Below, one piece after another: positions 18,645 to 27,622 of a DNA stretch of 64,000 nt. A model generated the notes under the pieces. It was not told the DNA's origin. It worked only from the letters and a program-made list of their open reading frames with translations, and did not search any database. Both the position numbers and the translations under genes were made by a program. Each line of letters begins with the position of its first letter. Position 1 is the stretch's first letter. Location of the stretch: positions 544,001 to 608,000 of the forward strand of contig CAWEZH010000003.1 of NCBI GenBank assembly GCA_963813535.1, written 5' to 3'. This DNA is from an uncultured Chloroflexia bacterium (lineage in GTDB: Bacteria; Chloroflexota; Limnocylindria; Limnocylindrales; CSP1-4).

Positions 18645-19397
18645 CTACTCCGCGACCGGACCGCCACGGGAGGGCGTGGGCCGGTCGAAGGACACCCCGC
18701 GGTCACGAAGGGACACGAAGGCGTCGTGCCCGATGACGAGGTGATCGAGCAGGGCGATGTCGAGCAGCCTGCCGGCCGCCAGCGCCTCCGCCGTCAGATG
18801 GAGATCGTCCGGCGAAGGCGTCGGGTCGCCCGACGGGTGGTTGTGGACGAGGATGACGCTCGCGCCGTTGAGTCGGACGGCATCGCGGAACAGCTCGCCG
18901 ACTCGCACCAGGGAGGCCGAAACGTTGCCCTGGTAGACGGTGGCCACGCGCAGGACATGGTTCTTCGTGTCGAGGATCACGACCCGCAGCTCCTCGCGCT
19001 CGAGCCCGCCCATCTGGAGGATCAGGCGCTCGGCGACGTCGCGCGGACCCCGGATCGTCCATCGCGCAGTGGGCCAGTCGGCAAGCAGCCGGCGACCCAG
19101 TTCGAACGCCGCCACGAGCTGCGCAGCCTTGGCCGCCCCCACGCCGGGGATGGTGGCCAGCTCGATGTCGGTCGCACGGGCGAGTCCGGCCAGGCCATCG
19201 TGCGCGGCGAGGGCGTCGGTCGCCAGCTCGACGGCCGAACGGCCGCGGACCCCGCTTCCCCACAGCAGCGCGATCAGCTCCGCTGTGGTGAGCCCGCCGG
19301 CGCCGCGGAGGGCGAGCCGCTCCCGCGGCCGCTCCGCCTCGGGTAGCTCGCGGATGGCGTGGCCGGTCGCGCGCGGCGAACGGCTGGGCTCGGGCAC
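18645..19397 (-). CDS. radC: DNA repair protein RadC (HhH + JAB domain)
   Basis: ERPRERL, IPGVG.AKA, HNHPSGDPTPS..D, LLDHLVIG. Confidence 0.95.
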   Translation of the reverse strand: MPEPSRSPRATGHAIRELPEAERPRERLALRGAGGLTTAELIALLWGSGVRGRSAVELATDALAAHDGLAGLARATDIELATIPGVGAAKAAQLVAAFELGRRLLADWPTARWTIRGPRDVAERLILQMGGLEREELRVVILDTKNHVLRVATVYQGNVSASLVRVGELFRDAVRLNGASVILVHNHPSGDPTPSPDDLHLTAEALAAGRLLDIALLDHLVIGHDAFVSLRDRGVSFDRPTPSRGGPVAE

Positions 19398-19517
19398 GTC
19401 GGCCTCCGGCTCGGGGTGATGTCCTGCATCGGGGTCCCCGCGGCCCGGACGACGAGAGCCCGCCGATTCCTCCCGCCGTCCTGACCTCGGGGACGTGACC
19501 GAGCCTACGGAGGCGAC
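19398..19517 (-). promoter_or_regulatory. Long stem-loop covering the radC promoter and SD
   Basis: Nested complementary segments GCCTCC/GGAGGC, GGCTCGG/CCGAGCC, GTCCCCG/CGGGGAC and GGACGGCGGGAG/CTCTCGTCGTCC (G.U pairs on the minus strand). Confidence 0.55.
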
Positions 19518-19518
19518 C

Positions 19519-19562
19519 TCATCGGAGACTCACCGACGGGTCATCGGTGGCTCGCCGACGGG
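19519..19562. repeat. Two tandem 22-bp imperfect direct repeats
   Basis: TCATCGGAGACTCACCGACGGG and TCATCGGTGGCTCGCCGACGGG. Confidence 0.7.
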
Positions 19563-19569
19563 CAGCCGG

Positions 19570-20571
19570 TCAGGCCGGAGGCACGCCGAACCGGTAGGCC
19601 GCTTCCGCGAGCACGAGCAGGATCCCGTTGAACGCCGCATGCAGACCGAGCGGTGCCCAGATCGTCCCGGTCCGAGCGAACAGCCAGCCGAGCGCCAGCG
19701 CGACCGGGATCCGCCCGGCAAAGGCCGCGAATGCCACACCGATCGCCTGGCCGGCCTCCGCGCCGCTGATGGTGAGGACGTGGACGACTGCGAAGAACAG
19801 CGCGCCGCGGATCAGCCCGCGCCACTTGCCCATGTCGGCCATCCACGCGGTCGTCGCCAGGCCGCGGAACATGATCTCCTCGCTGAGCGGGGCGATCAGG
19901 ACCCCGGCCAGCAGGTTGGCAACGAGTCCACCCAGGTCGCCGGCCGGTGGCAGGGGGCTTTCGGGCGGGACCGGCAACAGCCGGGTGACGATCACCGCGA
20001 CCGGGATGGTGACCGCGATGACGGGCAGGGCCCAGACCATCCCCAGCCCCAGGTCCCCGATCGAGGCGGACGTCGGGCGGGTGATGCCCATCTGCCGCCA
20101 CGACAGGGCCCCGCTGTCGACGACGAGGAGCCGGATCAGCCCGATGTAGACGACCGCCTGGAGCAAGACGGAGGTCAGCCGCCCGAGCGGTCCATCGACC
20201 GGGATCCCGATCGCATCGAAGAGCGCCCCCACCCCGATGAGCAACAGCCCGCTGATCGGGATCCCTGCGGCGAAGACCAGGAACGGCGACGGGCCGGTAT
20301 ACGCACGTCCACCGCGAGCCTTGCGCTCGATGGCCTGACCGCCGGCCCCGGCGACGAGACCGACCGAGAGGACGACCAGCGCGCCGATGAGCAGGATCGT
20401 GCCCGGCCCGCCCGGACCGGACATCGCAGCGACGACGATCGCGCCGAGTCCGAATAGCGTCGCGAGCCAGCCGAGCACGAACAGGCCGGGCGCGGCACGG
20501 CCCTCGATCGTGAAGGTCGACGCGCCGGGTCGCTGGGGCGGTTCGGGTGACTCGGGCGGCTGTGCCGTCAC
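19570..20571 (-). CDS. CPBP (CAAX/Abi) intramembrane glutamic endopeptidase
   Basis: EEIMFRG, FAVVH, LHAAFN motifs; many TM helices. Confidence 0.92.
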   Translation of the reverse strand: MTAQPPESPEPPQRPGASTFTIEGRAAPGLFVLGWLATLFGLGAIVVAAMSGPGGPGTILLIGALVVLSVGLVAGAGGQAIERKARGGRAYTGPSPFLVFAAGIPISGLLLIGVGALFDAIGIPVDGPLGRLTSVLLQAVVYIGLIRLLVVDSGALSWRQMGITRPTSASIGDLGLGMVWALPVIAVTIPVAVIVTRLLPVPPESPLPPAGDLGGLVANLLAGVLIAPLSEEIMFRGLATTAWMADMGKWRGLIRGALFFAVVHVLTISGAEAGQAIGVAFAAFAGRIPVALALGWLFARTGTIWAPLGLHAAFNGILLVLAEAAYRFGVPPA

Positions 20572-21227
20572 CGCTCGGGCAGCGGGTCCCCCGCGGTCGA
20601 CGGGCGCTGGCGCCCGCCACGCGATCGGACGGAGCGCTGCATCGCCGACGGCAGCGCCGACGGGGCCGCGGCACCCGGACTTGCGATCCGGCCGGTCTGC
20701 TCGTTGCCGGACGGTAGCGGCTGGATCATGCCGGCCGCGACGACCTCACGTCGCTCGAAGTCCTTGCCGCACCACGCGCACAACGACCAATCGAGACCGA
20801 CCAATCGCGAACAGTTGGGGCAGACACGGTTCAGGCGGGTGCGGCACGACGGGCAGATGATCCATTCCTCGTCGACCCGCCGTTCGCAGGTCGGACAATG
20901 GTGGACCGACTCGACCTCGTTGAGGAGCGCTTCCTCGGCCAGGTTCCTCTCCCAGACCTCGCCGATCTTCTCGTGCGGCCGGATGATCTTGTAGACCCAG
21001 ATCGCGAGGAAGAAGAGGAATGGCGTGAAGAGGATGATCCCGGCCGCGACGACGTACGGGAGGATCGCGTTGTCCGAGCGCTGCTGCATGTCCCGGAAGG
21101 CCCAATAGGCCGACGCGATCCAGAGGATCACCAGGTAGACGAAGATCAGGCGGCCGGCGAACTGGACGACTTGGCTCTGGACGATGTCATCGATCGTCTG
21201 GCCGATACCCTCGAGGATCTGATCCAT
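20568..21227 (-). CDS. Membrane protein with a double zinc ribbon
   Basis: Two TMs followed by CPTC..ICPSC..VCPNC..LCAWC. Confidence 0.85.
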   Translation of the reverse strand: MDQILEGIGQTIDDIVQSQVVQFAGRLIFVYLVILWIASAYWAFRDMQQRSDNAILPYVVAAGIILFTPFLFFLAIWVYKIIRPHEKIGEVWERNLAEEALLNEVESVHHCPTCERRVDEEWIICPSCRTRLNRVCPNCSRLVGLDWSLCAWCGKDFERREVVAAGMIQPLPSGNEQTGRIASPGAAAPSALPSAMQRSVRSRGGRQRPSTAGDPLPER

Positions 21228-21273
21228 GCGCCGGGGCTTGCCTCCGTTCGGTGCTGCTCGCGGGGCAGTGTAG

Positions 21274-21287
21274 CAGGGGTACCCCTG
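21274..21287. promoter_or_regulatory. Perfect 14-bp palindrome next to a -10 box
   Basis: CAGGGGTACCCCTG adjacent to minus-strand TACACT (21267-21272). Confidence 0.5.
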
Positions 21288-21335
21288 TTTTCCGGTCGTG
21301 CCGACAGGCCAGCGACGAGTCCGCGGAGGTCCGTC

Positions 21336-22397
21336 TCAGACGGGGCGGGCACCCTCGACGTGACGGTCGGTGATGAGTGCCAGCAGTCCCGAGACGGCCA
21401 GTCCAGCCGCACCGACCGCGGCGATCAGTGCGCCCGGACCCGTCCCGAGGGCCGGCAGCGCCAGGTACGGCCACACGAGACCGAGGAGCAGGGCGCCGAC
21501 GCCAAGGCCGGCGAGCCCGGATCGGATCCACGTCGGGATCGGGTTCTGGACCAGCGACAGGGCGAGGAGGACCAGGACTGCCCCCGCCACGACCGCGTGC
21601 CACGGGCCGGCGAGACCCCAGCGACCGAAGTAGCCCGAGTCGTTCGAGCCGATCACCACGAGGCCCCACGGCAGGAGGAAGCCCACGGCCGCGAATGCCG
21701 CACCGGCGACCGACAGCCACCGGACGAATTCGAGCTTCGCGTGCCCGTCGGGATCCACCGCGGTTCGCGCCTGGGTACCGATCTGGCTCGCGGCGGCGCC
21801 GACGATCGCCTCGGAGCTGTGACCGGCCCAGGCTCGCGCGGGCGCGGCCAGTCCGGCCGACGCGGTCGCGATCGGCAGTGGCGGGACATACGCACCGGGT
21901 TCGACGAACGCTGCGGCCCCCGGATGGGGCTGCGGGACGGCGGGTCGGGGAAGGTATGCGGGCGTCGGGCCGCCCGACAGGCTGGCGGCGCCGACCTGCC
22001 AGGGCGGCGTCACCATCGAGCCCAGACCGGTGTCGGTCTCGACGTCCGCGGTGTCGTCGGACGTGACGTCCGGGACGTCGTCACGCGGCGTCGATCCGGC
22101 AACGGGGCGCTCCATGTCAGGACCGGGGTCGGCGGCCGCGTGATCCGCCCCGTTCGCCCCATCGTGGGTCGCGGCGTCGAGCGACAGCTGACCATCGACC
22201 ACCGGTGTCGTGGCCACAGCGGACGGCATGTCGTAGAGGACGTCGGTGATCGGGGTGCGCCTGGCCGCCGCCTTCGAGCCACGCCGACTGCCGGCAACGG
22301 ACGCGAGCAGCTCTCCGCATGACGGGCACGACAGGCGCCCATACGGGACATCCGCTGCGCATGCTCCGCAGGCGATCGACTGCGCGGTCATCTCCAC
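21336..22397 (-). CDS. Hypothetical protein: N-terminal zinc ribbon, disordered linker, four C-terminal TMs
   Basis: CGAC...CPSC; Pro/Ala/Asp-rich middle; FLLPW and hydrophobic helices. Confidence 0.75.
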   Translation of the reverse strand: MEMTAQSIACGACAADVPYGRLSCPSCGELLASVAGSRRGSKAAARRTPITDVLYDMPSAVATTPVVDGQLSLDAATHDGANGADHAAADPGPDMERPVAGSTPRDDVPDVTSDDTADVETDTGLGSMVTPPWQVGAASLSGGPTPAYLPRPAVPQPHPGAAAFVEPGAYVPPLPIATASAGLAAPARAWAGHSSEAIVGAAASQIGTQARTAVDPDGHAKLEFVRWLSVAGAAFAAVGFLLPWGLVVIGSNDSGYFGRWGLAGPWHAVVAGAVLVLLALSLVQNPIPTWIRSGLAGLGVGALLLGLVWPYLALPALGTGPGALIAAVGAAGLAVSGLLALITDRHVEGARPV

Positions 22398-22439
22398 CTC
22401 GTGTGCCTACTCGACCCGCCGCGTGCGTGCAGGGGTGGC

Positions 22440-23420
22440 TCACGGTGCCAGACGACCGACGTGCCTTCTAGTCCCCCGTCCGGGTGGCAGTGACTCCCCC
22501 GAACGTCCCGTCCGCCCTCGAAGGGTCGCCGCGTCGACCGTCCAGATCGCCGTACGCCATGCCGTGGTCAAGCCGATCAGGACGAGGCCGCCGGCGAACA
22601 TCCCCACGAACAGCACGAGCGCCACCCACGCCTCCAGGGATGGATCACCTGCGTCGAGCGCGCCCCGGAGCCCGCTCCAGGTCACGCTCGCCGCGAATCC
22701 AGTCGTGCCCAGCACCGCCAGCAGGACCACTCCGGAGATGATCGCGATGGCGATCGGACGAATCGGCGCGTGCACCAGCCGGCTCACTGCTCCACGAACG
22801 GCCTCGCGCACGCTGTCCGCTGAGAGGATCACCCGCCGCGCGGCCATCGCCCCGACGGTCTCCGCGACGAGCCATGTGGCGATGACCGCCAGGACCGCAT
22901 CGGGTGCCCCGCCGACGATGCGCCACGCGGCTGGCGTGGATACGTCCGTCGGCGCGGTGAGCTCGCGGTAGCCGACACCCACCAGCCGGATGGCCGCCCA
23001 ACCCAGCGCGAGCACCAGCGGCACGAGCGCCAGGAGCCGCACGGTGAGCACGCGCCACGCGACATGCCGGCGCGGAGGTGAGGTCTGACTCTCGGGCGCG
23101 ATCACCTCGGCGAGGCGCCGGACGGCCTCGACTTCGGTGGCGGCCGCGAGGATCCCGCCACCGACGAGCCACACCAGGCCGGCGGCGAGAGCGCCGGCAC
23201 CGACCGTCAGGACCTCGGCCGTCCGCCGTCCGAAAGCGACGTCCTCCAGCAGCGGTGCGATCACGTTCGCCGCGCCGACGGCCGTGGGCAACACGACGAT
23301 GGGAGCGAGCACGAACAACCAGCCGCCACGGATCAGGAAACCGACCAGCGCGAGGAGCCAGGTCGAGGACCGTTCGAGGGCCGCGAGGAACGCGGCGGTC
23401 AGCGTCGCTCCGAGGCTCAC
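22440..23420 (-). CDS. Hypothetical integral membrane protein
   Basis: About six hydrophobic helices; GTGA overlap with the UPF0182 stop. Confidence 0.7.
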   Translation of the reverse strand: MSLGATLTAAFLAALERSSTWLLALVGFLIRGGWLFVLAPIVVLPTAVGAANVIAPLLEDVAFGRRTAEVLTVGAGALAAGLVWLVGGGILAAATEVEAVRRLAEVIAPESQTSPPRRHVAWRVLTVRLLALVPLVLALGWAAIRLVGVGYRELTAPTDVSTPAAWRIVGGAPDAVLAVIATWLVAETVGAMAARRVILSADSVREAVRGAVSRLVHAPIRPIAIAIISGVVLLAVLGTTGFAASVTWSGLRGALDAGDPSLEAWVALVLFVGMFAGGLVLIGLTTAWRTAIWTVDAATLRGRTGRSGESLPPGRGTRRHVGRLAP

Positions 23421-26400
23421 GGCACCGGTGACGGGGATGTCAGCCCAGGGGCCAGCTCGTTGAGGCGCTGCAAGGCGGCTTCGACGTTGGCGATCTCCTC
23501 GCCGTACAGCGCGAAGTCGCCGTCGCGCAAGGCTGCCTGGGCCAACTCGAAATGCTCGTTCGCGAACGTGACGAGTCCGGGCACGTCGGCCGGCAGGCCG
23601 TCCGGTCCCACGCTCGGGGACGGCCCGGGTGTCGGCGTCGGTGGGGTGGTCGGCGTCGGCGTCGGCGCCGGTGGGGTCGTCGGCGCCTCGCCTTCGGCCT
23701 CGAGCAGCAGGTCCAGCGCCTCACCCAGCGTCTCGGCCCAGACGACTTGTCTCGGGGACGCGACGATGATCCGCTGGAACTCGGGGAAGGCCGACTGCTG
23801 CGACTGCAGGTAGACCGGCTGTAGGTAGATCAGCGAATCGTCGACCGGCACGACGATGAGGTTGCCCTGGATGACCGTGCTGCCGCCCTGGCTCCACAGC
23901 GTGAACTGCTGGCTGATGAGCGGGTCCTGGACGATGCGTGCCTCGATCTGGGCGGGTCCGAAGATCGAGGTGTCTGACGGGAAGCGATAGACGCGCGTGG
24001 CGCCGTAGTTCGGCTCGTCCATGCGCGCCGCGACCCACGAGATCATGTTCGGGCGGTTCAGCGGGACCATCGGCTGGAGCAACAGGAACTCTGCTTCCGG
24101 CTCGCCGGGCATCCGCATGATCACGTAGTACGCCTCGGACGGAAGGCTCTGGGTGCTGCCCTGAGCCTGCGGCACGGTCCACAGGTCGTCGCTCGAGAAG
24201 AACGACAGCGGGTTCGTGACGTGGTACCGCCCGAACATGCGGGTCTGGACGTTGAACAGTTCCTCAGGGACGCGCACGTGCTCGGTCAGGTCCGCCGGGA
24301 GCGTTTCGATCGGCCGGAACAGGTCCGGGAAGATCCTGGCCCAGGCCCGGATCAGCGGGTCAGCATCGTCCGCGATGTAGAAGGCCATCGTGCCGTCGTA
24401 GGCGTCCATCGTGATCTTGACGCTGTTGCGGATGTAGTTGAACGGGTCGTTGCCGAGACCAGTCGCCTCGAACCCGCGCGGGTCGAACTCCTGGGCGTGG
24501 GGGAAGCGGTCCGACATCGTGTAGGCGTCCTGCACGTACAGCAGTCGCCCGCTCCCGTCGATGACCAAGTACGGGTCCTTGTCGTACGCAAGGAACGGCG
24601 CGATGCGCGGGATGCGGTCGGCCAGGGAGCGGTGCATGAGCAGCTGGCTCTCGGCCGTCACCTGGTCGCTGATGAACAGGTCGAGGTCACGGAACCGGGC
24701 CGCGAACAGCAGACGCATGAGCGTGCTGCCGATCGAGATGCCGGTCTTGCCGCTCCATCGCGTCTCCGTGCCGGTCTCGCTACCGGCGTCGCTCTCGCCG
24801 GTCGGGATGTCGAATTCGGCCTGGCGGGCGCCGGTGATGATGTAGTCGCTCGGCCGCTCGCCGAAGTAGATCCGGGGCTGGGTGATCTCGGGCGCACCGT
24901 CGCTCGACACCGGCGGCAGGTTGCGGATGAACAGCCGTGGCTGCCCCTCGTTCGCGACCTCGTTGACCGGCACCATCGCGGCGCCGATGCCGTGCGTGTA
25001 GATGATCCGCTGGTTCACGAAGCCGACGGCAGCCGGGTTCTGCTCCAGGGCGAGCTCGCGGGCCGACAGCATCACCTGGCGCTGGACGCCCTCGATGTCG
25101 TAACGGTCGGTGTCGACGTCGACGAAGTCGTAGTAGCGGCGGACGCGCTGGAGCTGGTCGAGCGTGGCCCCCAGCGGTCGGTAGTCCCACAGCCGGGCGT
25201 TACGGAACGTGTCGGCCTCCGCCTCGATCGCGGCGGCGTCGAGCCGCTCCTCGCCCTGGAACGACCTGAGATCCCACGCGTCAAGCCCGAAGGCCACCCG
25301 GGTCATCGCGATGTTGTTCGCGATGTAGCGCTCCTCCTGGGCGAACTGATTCGGCTGGACGGTCAGCCGCTGGATCGCCTCGGGATACAGCCGCCCGATG
25401 AGCAGCGACGCGATGAACCACAGCCCGATCGTCAGACCGAGCGGCCACAGCATCCGCGTGAACGCCCCGCCGACGAGCAGGGCGGCGGCCAGCCCGGACA
25501 GGACCGTGAGGACGTCGTAGGCGACGAACTGGGCGTTCTGGTCGGTGAACGACACGCCGGTGGCGATGCCCCGCGTGCTGTACGCGAGCTCGTACTTGTC
25601 GAGCTGGTAACCGAACGCGATCGACAGGAGCAACAACCCGGCGAGCACGCCCAGGTGGACGCGGATCGGGGTCGTGAACTCGAGCTCGCCGCGTGACGCC
25701 GCCACGAGGTAGCGCACGCCGACGGCGAGCAGGCTGGCGATGACGATGCCGTTGAACAGCGACTGGATCAGGCGCAGGAACGGAAGCTCGAACAGGAAGA
25801 ACCCGATGTCGCGGCCGAACACGGGATCGACCACGGGAGCCGCTGGGTCCAGCGAGAACGGCACGCGGTTGGCCCAGAGCAGGATCGTCGACCACGATGC
25901 CGCGACGGACGCGCCGATCGTCAGCGCGACGAGGATCGCCAGTCCCGCGAGGGCCACCCCGGCGATCGGCGTGAGATCCGGGATGTCATCTGGTCCGAAC
26001 GTGACGGTCCGCGCACCGCCGCCGTTCCCCGGGCCGCCGGTTCGCCGGGGGTCCGCCGCATCGTTGAGACGTTCGAACCAATCCCGGAACGGACTCCGGC
26101 CGGTACCCATCCCGCGTGTCTGCCGGGTGGCGATGGCGACGTTGAGCATCACGATCACGAGCGCGCCGATCGCCGCGACCAGGAACAGGCCGACCTGGGC
26201 GGTGAGCCGGGTCCAGAACACCGAGTCGAACTGGACGCTCTGGAACCACAGCGCGTCGGTCCATAGTTCGAGCCCGAAGCTGACGGCAAGGATCAGGGCG
26301 AAGATCACCAGCCCGGTCACCACCCAGGCGGGGCCCGATCGCCCGACCCGCCGTCGGCGGGCGGACGGCTTGCGCGGCGGCCCGTCGTCGTCCGGGTTCG

Positions 26401-26509
26401 GACCGACCGGCTTGGCGCGTCGCGGGGCCTCGGCGTCGGGGTCCTCGCCACGAGCGATCGCCTCTCGCCGGCGGAGCTCCTCGAGGAAGTCGTCGAACAG
26501 GTCTCGCAT
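23417..26509 (-). CDS. UPF0182 family membrane protein
   Basis: WTDALWF, DPVFGRDIGFFLFELP, RLWD..PL, YTHG.G, QPRIYFGE, NYIRNSVK, GNL.V.P. Confidence 0.95.
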   Translation of the reverse strand: MRDLFDDFLEELRRREAIARGEDPDAEAPRRAKPVGPNPDDDGPPRKPSARRRRVGRSGPAWVVTGLVIFALILAVSFGLELWTDALWFQSVQFDSVFWTRLTAQVGLFLVAAIGALVIVMLNVAIATRQTRGMGTGRSPFRDWFERLNDAADPRRTGGPGNGGGARTVTFGPDDIPDLTPIAGVALAGLAILVALTIGASVAASWSTILLWANRVPFSLDPAAPVVDPVFGRDIGFFLFELPFLRLIQSLFNGIVIASLLAVGVRYLVAASRGELEFTTPIRVHLGVLAGLLLLSIAFGYQLDKYELAYSTRGIATGVSFTDQNAQFVAYDVLTVLSGLAAALLVGGAFTRMLWPLGLTIGLWFIASLLIGRLYPEAIQRLTVQPNQFAQEERYIANNIAMTRVAFGLDAWDLRSFQGEERLDAAAIEAEADTFRNARLWDYRPLGATLDQLQRVRRYYDFVDVDTDRYDIEGVQRQVMLSARELALEQNPAAVGFVNQRIIYTHGIGAAMVPVNEVANEGQPRLFIRNLPPVSSDGAPEITQPRIYFGERPSDYIITGARQAEFDIPTGESDAGSETGTETRWSGKTGISIGSTLMRLLFAARFRDLDLFISDQVTAESQLLMHRSLADRIPRIAPFLAYDKDPYLVIDGSGRLLYVQDAYTMSDRFPHAQEFDPRGFEATGLGNDPFNYIRNSVKITMDAYDGTMAFYIADDADPLIRAWARIFPDLFRPIETLPADLTEHVRVPEELFNVQTRMFGRYHVTNPLSFFSSDDLWTVPQAQGSTQSLPSEAYYVIMRMPGEPEAEFLLLQPMVPLNRPNMISWVAARMDEPNYGATRVYRFPSDTSIFGPAQIEARIVQDPLISQQFTLWSQGGSTVIQGNLIVVPVDDSLIYLQPVYLQSQQSAFPEFQRIIVASPRQVVWAETLGEALDLLLEAEGEAPTTPPAPTPTPTTPPTPTPGPSPSVGPDGLPADVPGLVTFANEHFELAQAALRDGDFALYGEEIANVEAALQRLNELAPGLTSPSPVP

Positions 26510-26518
26510 CGGGTCTCG

Positions 26519-26980
26519 CTACGAGGACCGCGCGAGGGTCTCGACGGACTGGCGGAAGGCCGCGAGGACCGTGTCGGCCAGCTCGTTCGGAGGCATCGTC
26601 GCGGCGCGCGCCGGCTCGAAGCGGAACGCCGCCCGCACGGCCAGCGGCGCGCGCCAGGTCCGCTCCGGGTCCTCGGGCGGGACCAGCATCCCGACCCGCA
26701 TCTGCAGCCGGCCGTCGTCCTCGAGGATCAAGCCGGACAGTGCTCCGGCCATGGCCGGCCCGAGACGTCCGAGGGGTGGATCGGGAGGCGGGCCGGCGAT
26801 CGGGGCCACGTCGCGGAAGCTGATGACACCGTCGTCGTCGGTCACCCACATGAGCGCCATCCACCAGCCGTCGGGGGCTTCGGACGGGCGCGCCATGCCG
26901 GCGCGCAGGGCAGTGTCGCCGACGCGGACCTCGTGCTCGCGCAGGAACGACGGTCCAGGGGGAGGAAGACGATCTGGCAC
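26519..26980 (-). CDS. Hypothetical protein
   Basis: TAGACT 7 nt before the GTG; ends 9 nt before the UPF0182 start. Confidence 0.7.
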   Translation of the reverse strand: MPDRLPPPGPSFLREHEVRVGDTALRAGMARPSEAPDGWWMALMWVTDDDGVISFRDVAPIAGPPPDPPLGRLGPAMAGALSGLILEDDGRLQMRVGMLVPPEDPERTWRAPLAVRAAFRFEPARAATMPPNELADTVLAAFRQSVETLARSS

Positions 26981-27007
26981 GGCCGCAAGTCTACGCGGCC
27001 GCTGGGA

Positions 27008-27544
27008 TCAGACCGGTTGGCGGTCCCCGTCGGAGCTCGTATCGCCATCGAGCGCCTTGTCGACCTCGTCGAGCTCGGCGCTGACGGCGGCGATCTGCTC
27101 GACGACGACGTCGGCTGCGGCCGCGTCTTCCGGTGTCGTCCCTGGCGCGTGGCCCTCCACGGCGGCGTCGGCCAGCAACGCGTCAGCCTCGGCCTGGAGG
27201 TTGGCGACCTCGGCCTCGAGCTCGAGCCGGAGCATCTCGCGGCGGACATCGAGATCGGGCAGCGCAAGCGCGCCGGCCTCGACGGGTGTCAGCCGCTCAT
27301 CCCCGTAGTCGCCGCTGATCCATGAAAGCAGCCGGCTCCGTGGTCGCGCCACCGGCGCCTTCGAGCGCACGATGGCGGCCGGATCGATCGAGGTCAGACC
27401 TGGCAGCGCCGGGTCGGTTCCCGGATCGACGGCCAGAGCCGCCCCGCAAGATGGGCAGGTTTCGGGGTCACCGGTGTACTGCGCCGAGCACCACGGGCAG
27501 ATGGAACCCGATAGCTCGGCCGCCGCGCTCGAGTCGTCGACCAT
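27008..27544 (-). CDS. Hypothetical zinc-ribbon protein with a coiled-coil C-terminus
   Basis: CPWC...CPSC; acidic helical tail; TAGCAT 7 nt before the ATG. Confidence 0.75.
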   Translation of the reverse strand: MVDDSSAAAELSGSICPWCSAQYTGDPETCPSCGAALAVDPGTDPALPGLTSIDPAAIVRSKAPVARPRSRLLSWISGDYGDERLTPVEAGALALPDLDVRREMLRLELEAEVANLQAEADALLADAAVEGHAPGTTPEDAAAADVVVEQIAAVSAELDEVDKALDGDTSSDGDRQPV

Positions 27545-27622
27545 GGATGGAATGCTACCCCGCGCTCAACGCGCCGGAATACCCCATCGGTCCGGGGTGC
27601 GCGCGGTACCACGCTGGAGCTG

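Noticed and set aside
18645-19397. radC as a marker of a mobile element
   Set aside because: Full-length chromosomal form next to mreBC; no integrase, transposase or compositional shift seen
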